DNA of 64,000 nucleotides from NCBI RefSeq assembly GCF_006345805.1, contig NC_043008.1:48980001-49044000 (forward strand), written 5' to 3'. Source of the stretch: Octopus sinensis (taxonomy: Eukaryota). A program made the position numbers and the translations under genes. Position 1 is the stretch's first letter, and every line of letters starts with the position of its first letter. The notes under the pieces are model-generated. The model was not told the DNA's origin and did no database searches. It worked only from the letters and a program-made list of their open reading frames with translations. Shown in pieces: positions 13,465-36,155 of this stretch.

Positions 13465-16400
13465 AGGGAGATGAAGTGGTTAGCAAGAATGCCAGACGTG
13501 TTTCAACCTAGTTGGGCCTCATCAATAGTCCCTACTGTCTGTCAGCCACATGCCTAGACAAGATCAGAGATCTCCAGTTTATAGAAACAACAACACGTTC
13601 ACTGGTATTGCAAATAGCTGCCCAGTTGAATAAAACTCTGTTATATGCAACAGAATTAGTGTCAACGTTATAGGAATAGCAGTATCACCATTAACTGCAA
13701 CAAGGAGATGCTCTTTAGGAAAGAAGCTGCTGAAGAGGCATCACAATGATTGACAAGGTTGTGAAGACAATGGAAAGAGAGTGCAACTGGTCAGGAAGAG
13801 AATTAGCTTTGATGGGAACTTGGGTTTGCACCAGAACAGGAAGCTAGTGATATACTCTCTTCATAGGGAAACAGAGTTCTTAGCTGTGAGTAGGGCACGA
13901 TACATAGCAGCATCGGTCAACCTGAAATACTGGTGCCACTTCCCGTAGTTTGATAATAGCTAAGAAATGAATGATTGGCAAGAGTCATGCAATTCTTGAG
14001 ATCCTTATCACCAAAGTGCCAGTTGACTGAGTCAAAGAGGAACTAAAACCTTCAATACTCTTTGAAAAAGGACCAGCAAAATGTCATCTTTGAAATTAGT
14101 GATAACCTGACCATTTATTATTGAATGTGATGTACCTGGGGTTACAGGAACCAGACTGATTGACTTCGTGTCAAGAACTCTGTCTTGTAGCAAACTACTA
14201 CCACTCTACCAATAAAGAAAAAAACTACTGGAATTATTTCACTTTACCAATTATCAATGACCAGTTGCTTTTAGGTTGGAAAACACAAGCCAAGATTTAT
14301 TTCTTTATTGCCCACAGGGGGCTAAACATAGAGGAGACAAACAAGGACAGACAAAGGGAGTAAGTTGATTACATCGACTCCAGTGCATAACTGGTACTTA
14401 ATTTATCAACCCTGAAAGGGTAAAGGCAAAGTTGACCTCGGCAGAATTTGAACTCAGACCGTAACAGCAGACAAAATACCGCTAAGCATTTCGCCCCACT
14501 TGTTGATGATTCTGCCAGCTCGCTCAAACCAAGATTACACTCTTGGAGTGGCTGGCATTGGCAAGGGCACCCAGTCATAGAAACTATGCCAAATTAAGAC
14601 TGGAACCTGGATGCAGCTTACCAATTTTAGTCAAACCATCTAACCTATGCCAGTGGCACCAGTTTTTGCCATTTAAATTACCAAGAACATATAAACAGTT
14701 GTGCTACATTTTGTGCACTCTAAAAATCTACACTCTACTAATGCTGTTAAAAAGGACCTGTTCTAAGCTAGGTGCCAAATTTAAGCCAAAATTCTTTCCC
14801 CTGCTAGAACACCATTTCTCGTGGATGGGAGAATGGACAAACTGCCATCCACATTCTTGCCCTAACATCCACTTTTCCATGCTTGCATGGGTTAGAATTG
14901 TTGAGGCAGATTTCCTATGGCTGTTTGCACCTCCTCTCACCAGCCCTCACCTGTTGCCAAGCAAAGCATTATTTCTCTATAGCCAAACCTGTTTTTATGG
15001 AAGGCTGGAAACATGACATTTGGAGGTGATGGTCACTAACAACCATCAGGCAATGTCAAGGGACACAAACACACATATTGTTTAAGCATCTTTTTCATAC
15101 CTGGATGATGCCAACCACTCACGGAGAGGGTGGCATTAGGAAGGGCATCCAGCTGTAGAAACTCTGCCAAATCAAGATTGGAGCCTGGTGCAGCCATCTG
15201 GTTCACCAGCCCTCAGCCAAAATCGTCCAACCCATGCTAGCATGGAAAGTAGACGTTAAACGATGATGATGATGGATTGGATGCAGTTTACAGAGGAAGT
15301 GTTGGATGCCTTTCCTGTTGCCAAGCAAGGCAATATTTCCCCCGTGGCCAAAAAGGTTTCCACGAAATATTGGAAATGATAAACACTGCTTGTATGACAG
15401 TGACTTTCATTTACAACTATCGCATCATCTCAAGACAATGAGACATACACACACGACTGAAACAGTTTCTGTCTACCAAATCCACGAGTTTAGTGCAAAC
15501 AGGGCTACACATAACCGGCAATGGAACTGAAATTGTGGTTGGGAAGCAAACTGCTGAACCAGACACTTACATCTGCACCTACACAACAGTTTCTATTTCT
15601 CAGATCTACTTATAAGGCTTTGGATAGACCAAGTCTAAAGGCCAAGATGCTATGCAATGGGATCAAACCCAAAAGTGAATGGGGAAGTAAACTTTTCAAC
15701 CACAGTTGTGGTTTTTAGCTTATCCAACACCATCATCATCGTTGTTTAACGCCAGTTTTCCATGCTGTCATGGGTTGGACAGTTTGACTGAGGTCTGGAA
15801 AGCCAGGAGGCTGCACCAGGCTCCAGTCTGATTTGACATGGTTTCTACAGGTGGATGCCCTTCCTAACACCAACTACTCTGAGAGTGTAGTGGGTGCTTT
15901 TTATGTGCCACCGGCACAGGGGCCAGTCAGGCAGGACTAGCATCGATCACGTTTGGATAGTGCTTTTTGCATGCCACCGGCACAGGAGCCAGTCGAGGGG
16001 CACTAGCATCGGCCACATTTGGATGGTGCTTTTTATGTGCCACCGGCACGTGAAAACCATGGAAAATAAAGAATTGTCTGGATTCAAACTATTTTGTCTT
16101 TTCATTAACAGAGATGGGGAGGGCAAGGGTTTTGCTATTTAACAGTTTGTACTAGAAGCTCTTCTGACCAAGGAGATTCAATGAATCGAGTATCTTATTA
16201 CAAACTAATCATCTCACAAGTTATATCTCTGCAGCTATTCATAAATTGTCTTCCTTTTGCAAAAACCTTGACCAAATATGAATTTGAAATTTGAAATAAA
16301 GCGCCTTACATCAACTATTTACAAAATGAGGTAATGCTCAATACACGTAAAAAGCACCATCCAAACGTGGCTGTTGCCAGCACCGCCTCAACTGGCTTCC

Positions 16401-18485
16401 ATACCGGTGGCACGTAAAAAGCACCATCCGAGCGTGGCCGTTCATCAGCCTCGCCCGGCACCTGTGCCGGTAGCATGTAAAAAAACACCCACTACACTCA
16501 CGGAGTGGTTGGTGTTAGGAAGGGCATCCAGCTGTAGAAACACTGCCAGATCAGACTGGAGCCTGGTGCAGCCTCCTGGCTTCCCAGACCCCTGTCGAAC
16601 CGTCCAACCCATGACAGCATGGAAAACGGACGTTAAACGATTATTTAAACGATGATGATGAATACAAGACCCTTCCAGCAAATGCAGCTATCACCACATG
16701 TGACAGATACAATAAGATTAACTGAAAAACCATAAAATTACCTCTAAAAACTCCCAAATCAGTAGTTGGTGCGTTATGTTCAATAGGGTCTCTCCCCTTC
16801 ACAGCTACAAACTACACACCTCATGACAGTTTATCCCATTCCAAAGTGAAGATTCCAAATCACAGACAATCAGAATCCACAGAATCATTGCATTAAATTA
16901 GCCGATGCCGCCTTAGCCATAACGAAAATGCTATGGAATCCTCGTTATAAAATATTTGTATTGCTACACCACCAAAACCAATGCAGAATCGCCTTTTTAA
17001 AGAATCTAAATTTCTTCTTTGTATGAACGTAACTAAATTTGAAAATCAACTCAAATATCCCAAACCCGTAATGTATTTGAGTGGGGGACATGTTTTAACA
17101 AGAAAATAATTTGTTCTTAAGCACATCTTGTTGCCGTTACATCACATTTCTTCTTATATTTAAAGCTTTTGAGATAGAGAGGGAAAAAAGAGAGAATCTT
17201 CGTAGGAGTCAACGTCCCATGGTCCATTAAGAAGGGAAATAGAGAGTAGGCAGTGAGGCAGCAGTGGTGTTTATGCCTTTCCCAAATTAGGAAACCCAAA
17301 CAGCAAACTGTTGCAGTAGACGGGGTTACAATAGTAATAAAGATTTCACAAGGGACCATTTTAAATTTATAAGATGTGTACATAATATTACATAGAACAA
17401 CGAATAGTTGTAACGATGACTAATACTGCTTCACAACATAGACAGATATGTAGATTATATTAGAGATACTGCATGGGGTGGGGGGTTTAACTGTAGATTT
17501 ATGGTCGTGATGGTGGTGGTGGGGTGGAAGTAGCGGCGGCTGGGGCCGGGGATCGATACCGGGTCGCCAGCTTTATGAAGATGGTTTGTATCACAAAGCT
17601 TGCAACACACCGACCATATAAAGCAAGACAAGAGGCAGCCACACCACATTTATAATATATATGGCGATCTTTCGTCTCTATATATATATGTGTGTGTGTG
17701 TGTGTGACCGACCAGGCTATCTGATGTTGCTACACATCGCTGGTCACAATGCGCTTCGCATTGTTTTAGCCTTTAAATGACGCCACCCCGCTGACTAAGC
17801 GAGCAGGCCTATAATACATACATATATATATATATATATATGTATATTGCACACACGTGTGTTATATAGAAGTCATTGTGAAAAAAAATTCAAAAAAGCT
17901 AAAGTGAAATAATGTCAGAAATAAGTGAATTTAAAGACAAGAAAATAAACTAACAACAAGTGTAACAATTAGGTTTAATAATGTAATAAAATGCTATAAT
18001 AATTAATGAACTGATGATTAATAATTAAGAGAGAAACGATGAAGAGACAAAAAAACAAGTGATCCCCCACTTTGTAACCACATGATAATTCGTTAATTAA
18101 TGACTCAAAAAACAGCGATAAAACCAATTAAAAGGCGGATATTTGTGTTTTTTCTTTGTCAAAGGTTAAGAGGAACATTTCAGGAATTGTATAATGCAAG
18201 ATAAAAGGAGAATAAAGGAGCGAAAGAGGGAAAGAGATGGAATAATCGGAAGGAACATTCTGGACGTTCGTCCATGTGCTTCTTCTTCTCCTTCTTACCT
18301 TGCCGGCCTTGATATTACCGAACTGTACCTTGCGGCCAGACTCACGCTTGGTATTCTGATCTGAAATTATATTAGAATGAAGCTTTAGCTAACGATTTCT
18401 TTGTCGGTCGAAGACATAATTAAAGACATTACTTAATTATTAATTACTTACTGAGAACGATTATGGGAGATGAACCACCAAACAT
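895..18485 (-). CDS. CCT3: T-complex protein 1 subunit gamma (chaperonin CCT/TRiC), 5' part: coding exons 1-12, gene continues left of the window
   Basis: Twelve GT-AG exons (980 nt in total, phases consistent) join into [70 protein letters not shown]...VGDGTTSV...[28 protein letters not shown], which is co-linear with CCT-gamma. Confidence 0.97.
1284..1655. mobile_element. piggyBac-type MITE with a nested SINE fragment
   Basis: TTAA on both sides; TIR CCCATTAAGTCCC. Confidence 0.75.
1931..2280 (+). mobile_element. Helitron/Helentron-like non-autonomous element
   Basis: Starts ACTAGC..GACCCGG and ends (CA)n..TTTATATATAGAGAGAT, an architecture resembling HINE/DINE elements. Confidence 0.45.
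3358..3392 (-). CDS. CCT3: CCT3 exon 11 ([12 protein letters not shown])
   Basis: 35 nt, phase 0-2, GTGAGT donor. Confidence 0.93.
3535..3601 (-). CDS. CCT3: CCT3 exon 10 ([22 protein letters not shown])
   Basis: 67 nt, phase 2-0. Confidence 0.96.
3736..4049. mobile_element. Foldback MITE with about 130-bp inverted arms in CCT3 intron 9
   Basis: 3736-3870 is the reverse complement of 3915-4049 (imperfect); a single arm recurs near 12110-12160. Confidence 0.75.
5537..5619 (-). CDS. CCT3: CCT3 exon 9 ([28 protein letters not shown])
   Basis: 83 nt, phase 0-2. Confidence 0.96.
6768..6873 (-). CDS. CCT3: CCT3 exon 8 ([35 protein letters not shown])
   Basis: 106 nt, GTAAGT donor. Confidence 0.96.
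6983..7063 (-). CDS. CCT3: CCT3 exon 7 ([27 protein letters not shown])
   Basis: 81 nt, phase 2-2. Confidence 0.94.
7854..7974 (-). CDS. CCT3: CCT3 exon 6 ([40 protein letters not shown])
   Basis: 121 nt, phase 1-2, MHPT motif. Confidence 0.96.
8642..8738 (-). CDS. CCT3: CCT3 exon 5 ([32 protein letters not shown])
   Basis: 97 nt, GDGTT ATP-binding motif, GTAAGT donor. Confidence 0.97.
10613..10675 (-). CDS. CCT3: CCT3 exon 4 ([21 protein letters not shown])
   Basis: 63 nt, phase 0-0, TNDG motif. Confidence 0.97.
10898..11118. mobile_element. piggyBac-type MITE
   Basis: TTAA TSD, TIR CCCTTTAGTGTT; related partial copies near 11125, 12590-12745, 20930-21100 and 61410-61630. Confidence 0.8.
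11818..11868 (-). CDS. CCT3: CCT3 exon 3 ([17 protein letters not shown])
   Basis: 51 nt, phase 0-0, conserved chaperonin LGP motif. Confidence 0.96.
13120..13421 (+). mobile_element. Helitron-like 3' end
   Basis: CCGG-gtgaaa-CCGG hairpin followed by CTAG|T at 13417-13421. Confidence 0.4.
13487..14200 (-). mobile_element. Decayed Penelope-like retroelement 3' fragment with a degenerate hammerhead
   Basis: Broken coding-like remnants (KEHLL-type GIY-YIG tail, weak) end in UUGAUGAG-ggcc..ggtt-GAAACACGUC. Confidence 0.4.
18299..18360 (-). CDS. CCT3: CCT3 exon 2 ([21 protein letters not shown])
   Basis: tttcag acceptor, AAG|GTAAGA donor, 62 nt. Confidence 0.95.
18452..18485 (-). CDS. CCT3: CCT3 coding exon 1 ([11 protein letters not shown], phase 1)
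   Basis: ATG at 18485; donor A|GTAAGT. Confidence 0.9.
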
Positions 18486-18539
18486 GATGAGACAACTTAA
18501 TGGACGACACAACTTTCACAACGAGGCTCCACTCGATTT

Positions 18540-18930
18540 CCCTTCTCTCACTCACACTCTTACTCTTTCTCCTTTCTTCTATCTATCTTTCATTTTGTCT
18601 TCCTCTTTTATTCTCTCACTCTTTCTCGTCTTTTCTCTCTATCTTTCAGTTTGGCTTCTTCTTTACTCTTTCTCGTCTTTTCTCTCTCTCGCTGGCATCG
18701 TTTCTATCTATCTTTCATTTTTGTCTTCCTCTTTTATTCTCTCACTCTTTCTCATCGTTTCTCTCTATCTCTCATTTTGTTTCTGTTTTACTCACTCACT
18801 CTTTCTTTTTATCTGTCGTTCTCTAGTTCTGCTCTTGTATCTTTCTATCTTTTTTCTGTCCCTTTCTTGTTAGCTTTCTCGTATTTTCTTTCTTTCTATT
18901 TTCTTTATAACTCTCTCTCTCTCTCTCTTT
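18540..18930. repeat. CT/GA-rich imperfect tandem tract directly upstream of CCT3
   Basis: Polypyrimidine tract with a roughly 125-bp internal duplication (18583-18650 vs 18710-18780). Confidence 0.75.
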
Positions 18931-19769
18931 CTGTGTTCAGACCTGTAGAGGGATGAGTTATGCCCCGTATAAAAGTGCCCCATGTATGCTTATGTCATGT
19001 GTATGTTCGCACTCGCGTGTGTGTGTGAGAGAGAGAGAATGAGTGTGTGTATGAGAGAGAGAGAGAGAGAGGGAGTGTGTGTGTGTGTCTGTAAGAGAGA
19101 GAGAATGAGTGTGTGTGTGTGAGAGAGAGAGAGAGTATGTGTGTGTACAAAAACGAGATTGTAAAAAAAAAAGAATTGGTATAATTTATTCAGCATTACA
19201 AGAGTTTCGTTTGCTAATAGGAGTTACAAATTTTCACATGTAGTAGAAACATGTATGATATCTCCTACATGTACAATCTTGTAACTCATATTACCAAATG
19301 AAACACATGTGATGGTGAATAAACGATGCCTAAAATGTTTTACAATCTCCTGTTTTCATATGTAATTACTTTGCAAAAAAACCAACATTTTCCAGCATTT
19401 TTCAACTCTTATGCCTCACACAAATACAACATCAATTGACTGAAACAGGTAAAAGAGTAAAAGAGAGAGTAATGATTATGTATATATTCAAGCATGGCCG
19501 ATGTCAGTGCTGGTCGACTGGTCCCCGTGCTGGTGGCACGTGAAAAGCATCCACTACACTCTGCAAAGTGGTTGGCTTTAGGAAATGCATCCAGCCATAG
19601 AAACCTTGTTAGATCAGACTGGTGCCTGGTGCAGCTTCCTGGGTTACCAGTTCTCAGTCAAACCATCCAACCCATGCCAGCATGGAAAGCAGATGTTAAA
19701 TGACGATGATGATGTTGATAATGATGATGATGATGATGATACACACACACACACACATATATATATATA

Positions 19770-20735
19770 TCATCATCATCATCATCATCATCAACATCGT
19801 TTAACGTCCGTTTTCCGTGCTAGCACGGGTTTGACGGTTCGACCGGGATCTGGGCAGCCAGGGGCTGCCCCAGGCTCCCGTCTGATCTGGCAATGTTTCT
19901 ACAGCTGGATGCCCTTCCTAACGCCAACCACTCCGCGAGTGTAGTGGGTGCTTTTTAGGTGCCACCTGCACAGGTGCCAGAGGGGTCTGGCATCGGCCAC
20001 GATCAGTTGGTGCTTTTTTATGTGCTACTGGCACAGAAACCAGCCAAGGCGGTGCTGGCATCAGTCACGTTCGGATGGTGCTTTTTATGTGCCACCGGCA
20101 CAGAAGCCATTCGAGGCAGGGTTGGCATCGGTCACGTTTGGATGGTGCTTTTTATGTGCCACTGGCACAGAAGCCAGTGGAGGCTGCACTGGCAACGGCC
20201 ACGTTTGGATGGTGCTTTTTATGTGTCACCGGCACAGGTATCACAACTACTGTTTCCATTGATATTTGGTTCGATTCTCATGTACATGCACTTGACTCAA
20301 CAGGTCTCCTCAAGCACAGTGAGATGTTCCGGGATCCCACTATCGGTTGGTGCTTTTTATGTGCCACCGGCACAGAAGCCAGTGGAGGCTGCACTGGCAA
20401 CGGCCATGTTCGGATGGTATATATATATATGTGCATGCACCATCCATTCGTGGCCATTGCCAGCCTCGCCTGGCCCCTGTGCTGGTGGCACGTAAAAAGC
20501 ACCATCCGATTGTGGCCATTTGCCAGCCGCGTCTGGCACCTGTGCAGGTGGCACATAAAAAGCACCTACTACACTCACGGAGTGGTTGGTGTTAGGAAGG
20601 GCATCCAGCTGTAGAAACATTGCCAGATCAAACTGGGCCTGGCGCAGCCTTCTGGCTTCCCAGACCCCAGTTGAACCATCCAACTCATGCTAGCACGGAA
20701 AACGGACGTTTAACGATGATGATGATGATGATGGT
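19770..20735. repeat. Head-to-head pair of family-B elements with an internal tandem array of about 65-nt units
   Basis: Six forward units (TGCTTTTTATGTGCCACCGGCACAG core) and two inverted units. Confidence 0.85.
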
Positions 20736-22624
20736 ATATATCAACACAGTGGTACCTCTCAGTATAAGTGCCCCATTGCACGAGTCATTTTCTGCACGAG
20801 CTGAGACTCATGCTAATTTTTGTCCTGAAGTATGAGCAGAAATCCACAGTGTAAGCACACAAATCATCCCATCTTTAAGGTTATTCAGTTAATTTAACCA
20901 GTTTACATATTTCTTTTACATTCTCTTTATGCTCAAACTGACCAGATCGACCCCTTACACCAACTCTACAATGTCATTCTAAAAACAAACAATCACATCA
21001 TCAAAGTCTCATAGCTAAAAGATAACGCAGGATTAACTCAAAACAATGTGGATAAATAAGGATTACATTTGACAAAATAATCAGAATGCTAAAAGGGTTC
21101 AATGTCCTTAAAGGGTGGTGAGCTGGCAGAAACGTTAGACAAAAGGATTAAGTCGATTACATCGACCCCAGTGCGTAACTGGTACTTAATTTATTGACCC
21201 CGAAAGGATAAAAGGCAAAGTCGTAAAGACAGACGAAATACCTATTTCTATTTCTTTATTACCCACAAGGGGCTAAACACAGAGAGGACAAACAAAGACA
21301 GACAAACGGATTAAGTCGATTATATCGACCCCAGTGCGTAACTGGTACTTATTTATATAATAATATAATAATGAAATTATTGTATACAGTGCTCAGGTGC
21401 ACCACAACTTGTCAAAAGTGCATATAAAGTACATGCAGTAATGTAGAAATGTCTGGAAAGTGAACAGTGTATGAGTCAGATACATGCTTGTGTGTGTATG
21501 GAGGGGAGAAAATCAAGTGTAGTGTTGGCGAATCTCAGGAAGCATGGAAGTTTTGCAGGATGCAGTGCTCCGACAACTAACAACCGATGCCGGCAGTTTA
21601 ATCGACCCCGAAAGGATGAAAGGCAAAGTCGACCTCGGTGGAATTTGAACTCAGAACGTAACGGCAGATGAAATACTGCTAAGCATTTCGCCCAGTGTGT
21701 TAACCATTCTGCCAGTTCGCCACCTTTAGCATGGCAATGATTCTGTCAGCTCCCTGCCTTAAGTATTATGGGAAACACAACACTTCTTTTATAAAACAGA
21801 TAATAAATAAGAATAAATAAGAATGAATGCAAAATATCAGTGAAATACGCATGATTTTTTTTTATTTAGACACAATATAAAAAGTTAATTAAATTAATCG
21901 AGTAATTATGATGATGAGAGTGACACACAGCTTCTCTCAGATGAGATGTCCTCTGCATAGTCATTCGACCTGCTAGCAACAGCAGACAAATCTCCCTCAA
22001 ATCACACTTCCATTATCTTCAACAGAAAAAAAAAATGCAGGACACAATGTATAAATATTATTGTAGTCCTAAATATATTTATGTCTGATGGTCATGGTCG
22101 GAATGGCTTTGATTATAGATCTGCTGGATTGGAGATGACCTCGAGTTGGACGAAGCGAGTGCTGTACTTTTTGATTTTTAATTTCATTATTTTTTTTTAT
22201 GATCAACAGTGTTCTTTCCTTTGTTTTTTTTTGTATTATTTTTATGTATTTATTTTGTGTTTGTGTGTGTGTGTGTGTGTATACAAGTATGTATATAAGT
22301 ATGTAGGTAGGTAGGTTTAATTGAAAGAGGTTTCCAATTAAAAAAACAATTTTTTAAAAAAGGTGCACAGCCAAGAATGTCTTTTTGTAAAGTCTTTATA
22401 TAAATGATTTTTTTTTGTCTTTTTTTTTTGTTTTGTTTTTAAAAATTAAATTCCTAAAATATTTTCAGATCCTTTCAGTTCAGTAAATATTGAGGTAATT
22501 AAATTTTGAATTATTTTAAGTAATTAATTTTAAAAAAAAAAACTGTCATTGGTGCTTTTTGTTGCTGTTGTTTTTTTTTGGTTTTTTTTTATTTATTTAG
22601 TTTATTCAATCATATTTTGAATAT

Positions 22625-22950
<326 letters not shown>

Positions 22951-23234
22951 AAGAAATGAATGTATGTATGTATTTTTGTATACGCTTAACTCTTTTTGCA
23001 TATGTAGATATTTAATGTATACACTCACACAGACACACAAACGTGAGTATATGTATGTATACACATATATATATGTATATATATAAATATCATCGTCATA
23101 TATATTATCGAGGTGAATACAAAATAGAAATTGAAATGTAATTTTAAATAAAAATTATTATTTGTTACTATTACAGTTTCATTAATAATAGTAATTATCA
23201 TTATAATAATTTTTCTTTATCACTATTGTTATGT

Positions 23235-23240
23235 TTTATT
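23235..23240 (-). terminator. Candidate polyadenylation signal AATAAA for the KLHL10-like mRNA
   Basis: AATAAA on the minus strand about 300 nt after the stop codon. Confidence 0.4.
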
Positions 23241-23542
23241 ACTGTTGCTCTTGTTTTTTTTTTCCGTCTTTAAATTTTTTTGCATGTTTATATTTTTCAC
23301 TTGATGTGAAACATGCTTCTAAAACCATTGATTTGCTTTTTCAGTTTTGTAAAATATTTTCTCCAAAAATATAATTTTCTTTTTGTTTCTTCATTTCATT
23401 TTCGATATTGAAAAACAAATTTTTTTTTAATTTAAAACAAAGAATTCTCAAAGAATCAAAATGTTTTCCTTGATGACCACGGCTACCACAATGGCCATGT
23501 TGACTGCAAGAACGCCCATACGTATCCAGAATACATTTTCGG

Positions 23543-34951
<11,409 letters not shown>

Positions 34952-35052
34952 GTTGAATGGCGATTATTACAAGTTAAAACAAACTCTCCCTTCAATAGTC
35001 GATTATCATATGGCTAGTAGGTAAAAAAACTAAAACTAAGGTCCCGTTAGAG

Positions 35053-35060
35053 TGACGTCA
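35053..35060. promoter_or_regulatory. Perfect palindromic CRE (TGACGTCA) about 100 bp upstream of the KLHL10-like ATG
   Basis: Exact 8-mer seen in the sequence; function is inferred. Confidence 0.5.
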
Positions 35061-35779
35061 TTTCAAGACTGTTTTCGCTTGATGCCGTCTACGAGCTATG
35101 GTCTTGTACTACCGAGTAAGACGTTTTCCTAAATTTATTATTCTTTAAGGTCGCCATTTCTAAACGCTTTCAAAATACCGAGTTATTTTATGAAGTCGAT
35201 TTATGTCGCTTCAACAAACTTCTGAAAAATTTAAACAATAAATCGTCTAATTAAAAAAATATTTATATTTATATGTAACGAAATGCTTATCATTTACAAC
35301 TTTATTTCAAAAGTAATTTTTCTGGAACAACGTCTTGTTTTTACGCTTTGCTGTATTTCGATAACAAAAGATCAAAATAATATTCAAAAATATTCATTTA
35401 TTATTAGTAGATTTCTCAGCTTAATCTTTCGCCCACTTTAATATCAGCACCAAGTCTTTTGGTTCCTTTACCAGAATCCATTCCGCTTCTGTTGTAAAAA
35501 TTTAAGCCAGATCTTCCGGTTTGAGAATAACGTTTGCTCATTAATTACGGAAGCCCTGAAGCGCCATGAACTTCGGTCTCCATCTCCTGACTAAATTATA
35601 TGAAGAAGAAAAAAGAGATTAAAACAGACCAAGACAGAATTTATAAAAACATGTTTTTTATCTTCCAAGTGTTTATAATTTTGCTTCTCACTGTTGTTGC
35701 TTAGCCACAGGCTTACATTGATCGAGCTGCTACCGTGGGATGTAAAAATGGACCGTTTAGAGGCACTCGTCTCTACTCT

Positions 35780-36155
35780 CTTTACTCTTTACTCTTTTAC
35801 TTGTTTCAGTCATTTGACTGCGGCCATGCTGGAGCACCGCCTTTAGTCGAGCAAATCGACCCGGGACTTATTCTTTGTAAGCCCAGTACTTATTCTATCG
35901 GTCTCTTTTGCCGAACCGCTAAGTGACGGGACGTAAACACACCAGCATCGGTTGACAAGCAATGCTAGAGGGACAAACACAGACACACAAACATATACAT
36001 ACACATACATATATATATACATATATACGACAGGCTTCTTTCAGTTTCCGTCTACCAAATCCACTCACAAGGCTTTGGTCGGCCCAAGGCTATAGCAGAA
36101 GACATTTGCCCAAGATTCCACGCAGTGGGACTGAACCCAGAACCATATGGTTCCA
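35780..36155 (-). mobile_element. SINE family C (tRNA-like head, CTTGGGCAAGTGTCTT core, internal microsatellite), example
   Basis: Recurs at 25680-26135, 33075-33210, 44540-44730, 53820-54440 and elsewhere. Confidence 0.8.

Noticed and set aside
16755-16885. Possible C/D snoRNA with CACCAACUA-CUGA complementary to 18S UAGUUGGUG
   Set aside because: Only 9 nt of complementarity, a non-canonical C box, no terminal stem, and not a methylation site I can support.
18010-18045. CTGATGA...GAAAC hammerhead-like spacing
   Set aside because: AT-only stem II, extra bases before GAAA, and no stem I or III.
19950-20570. CRISPR-like periodicity (constant core of about 35 nt plus variable linker)
   Set aside because: The linkers are homologous to each other, the array is internal to a eukaryotic SINE, and there are no cas genes.
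19585-20835. 100-180-aa ORFs with repeated WCFLCATGT / [11 protein letters not shown]
   Set aside because: These are translations of the family-B tandem units and recur wherever the SINE occurs.
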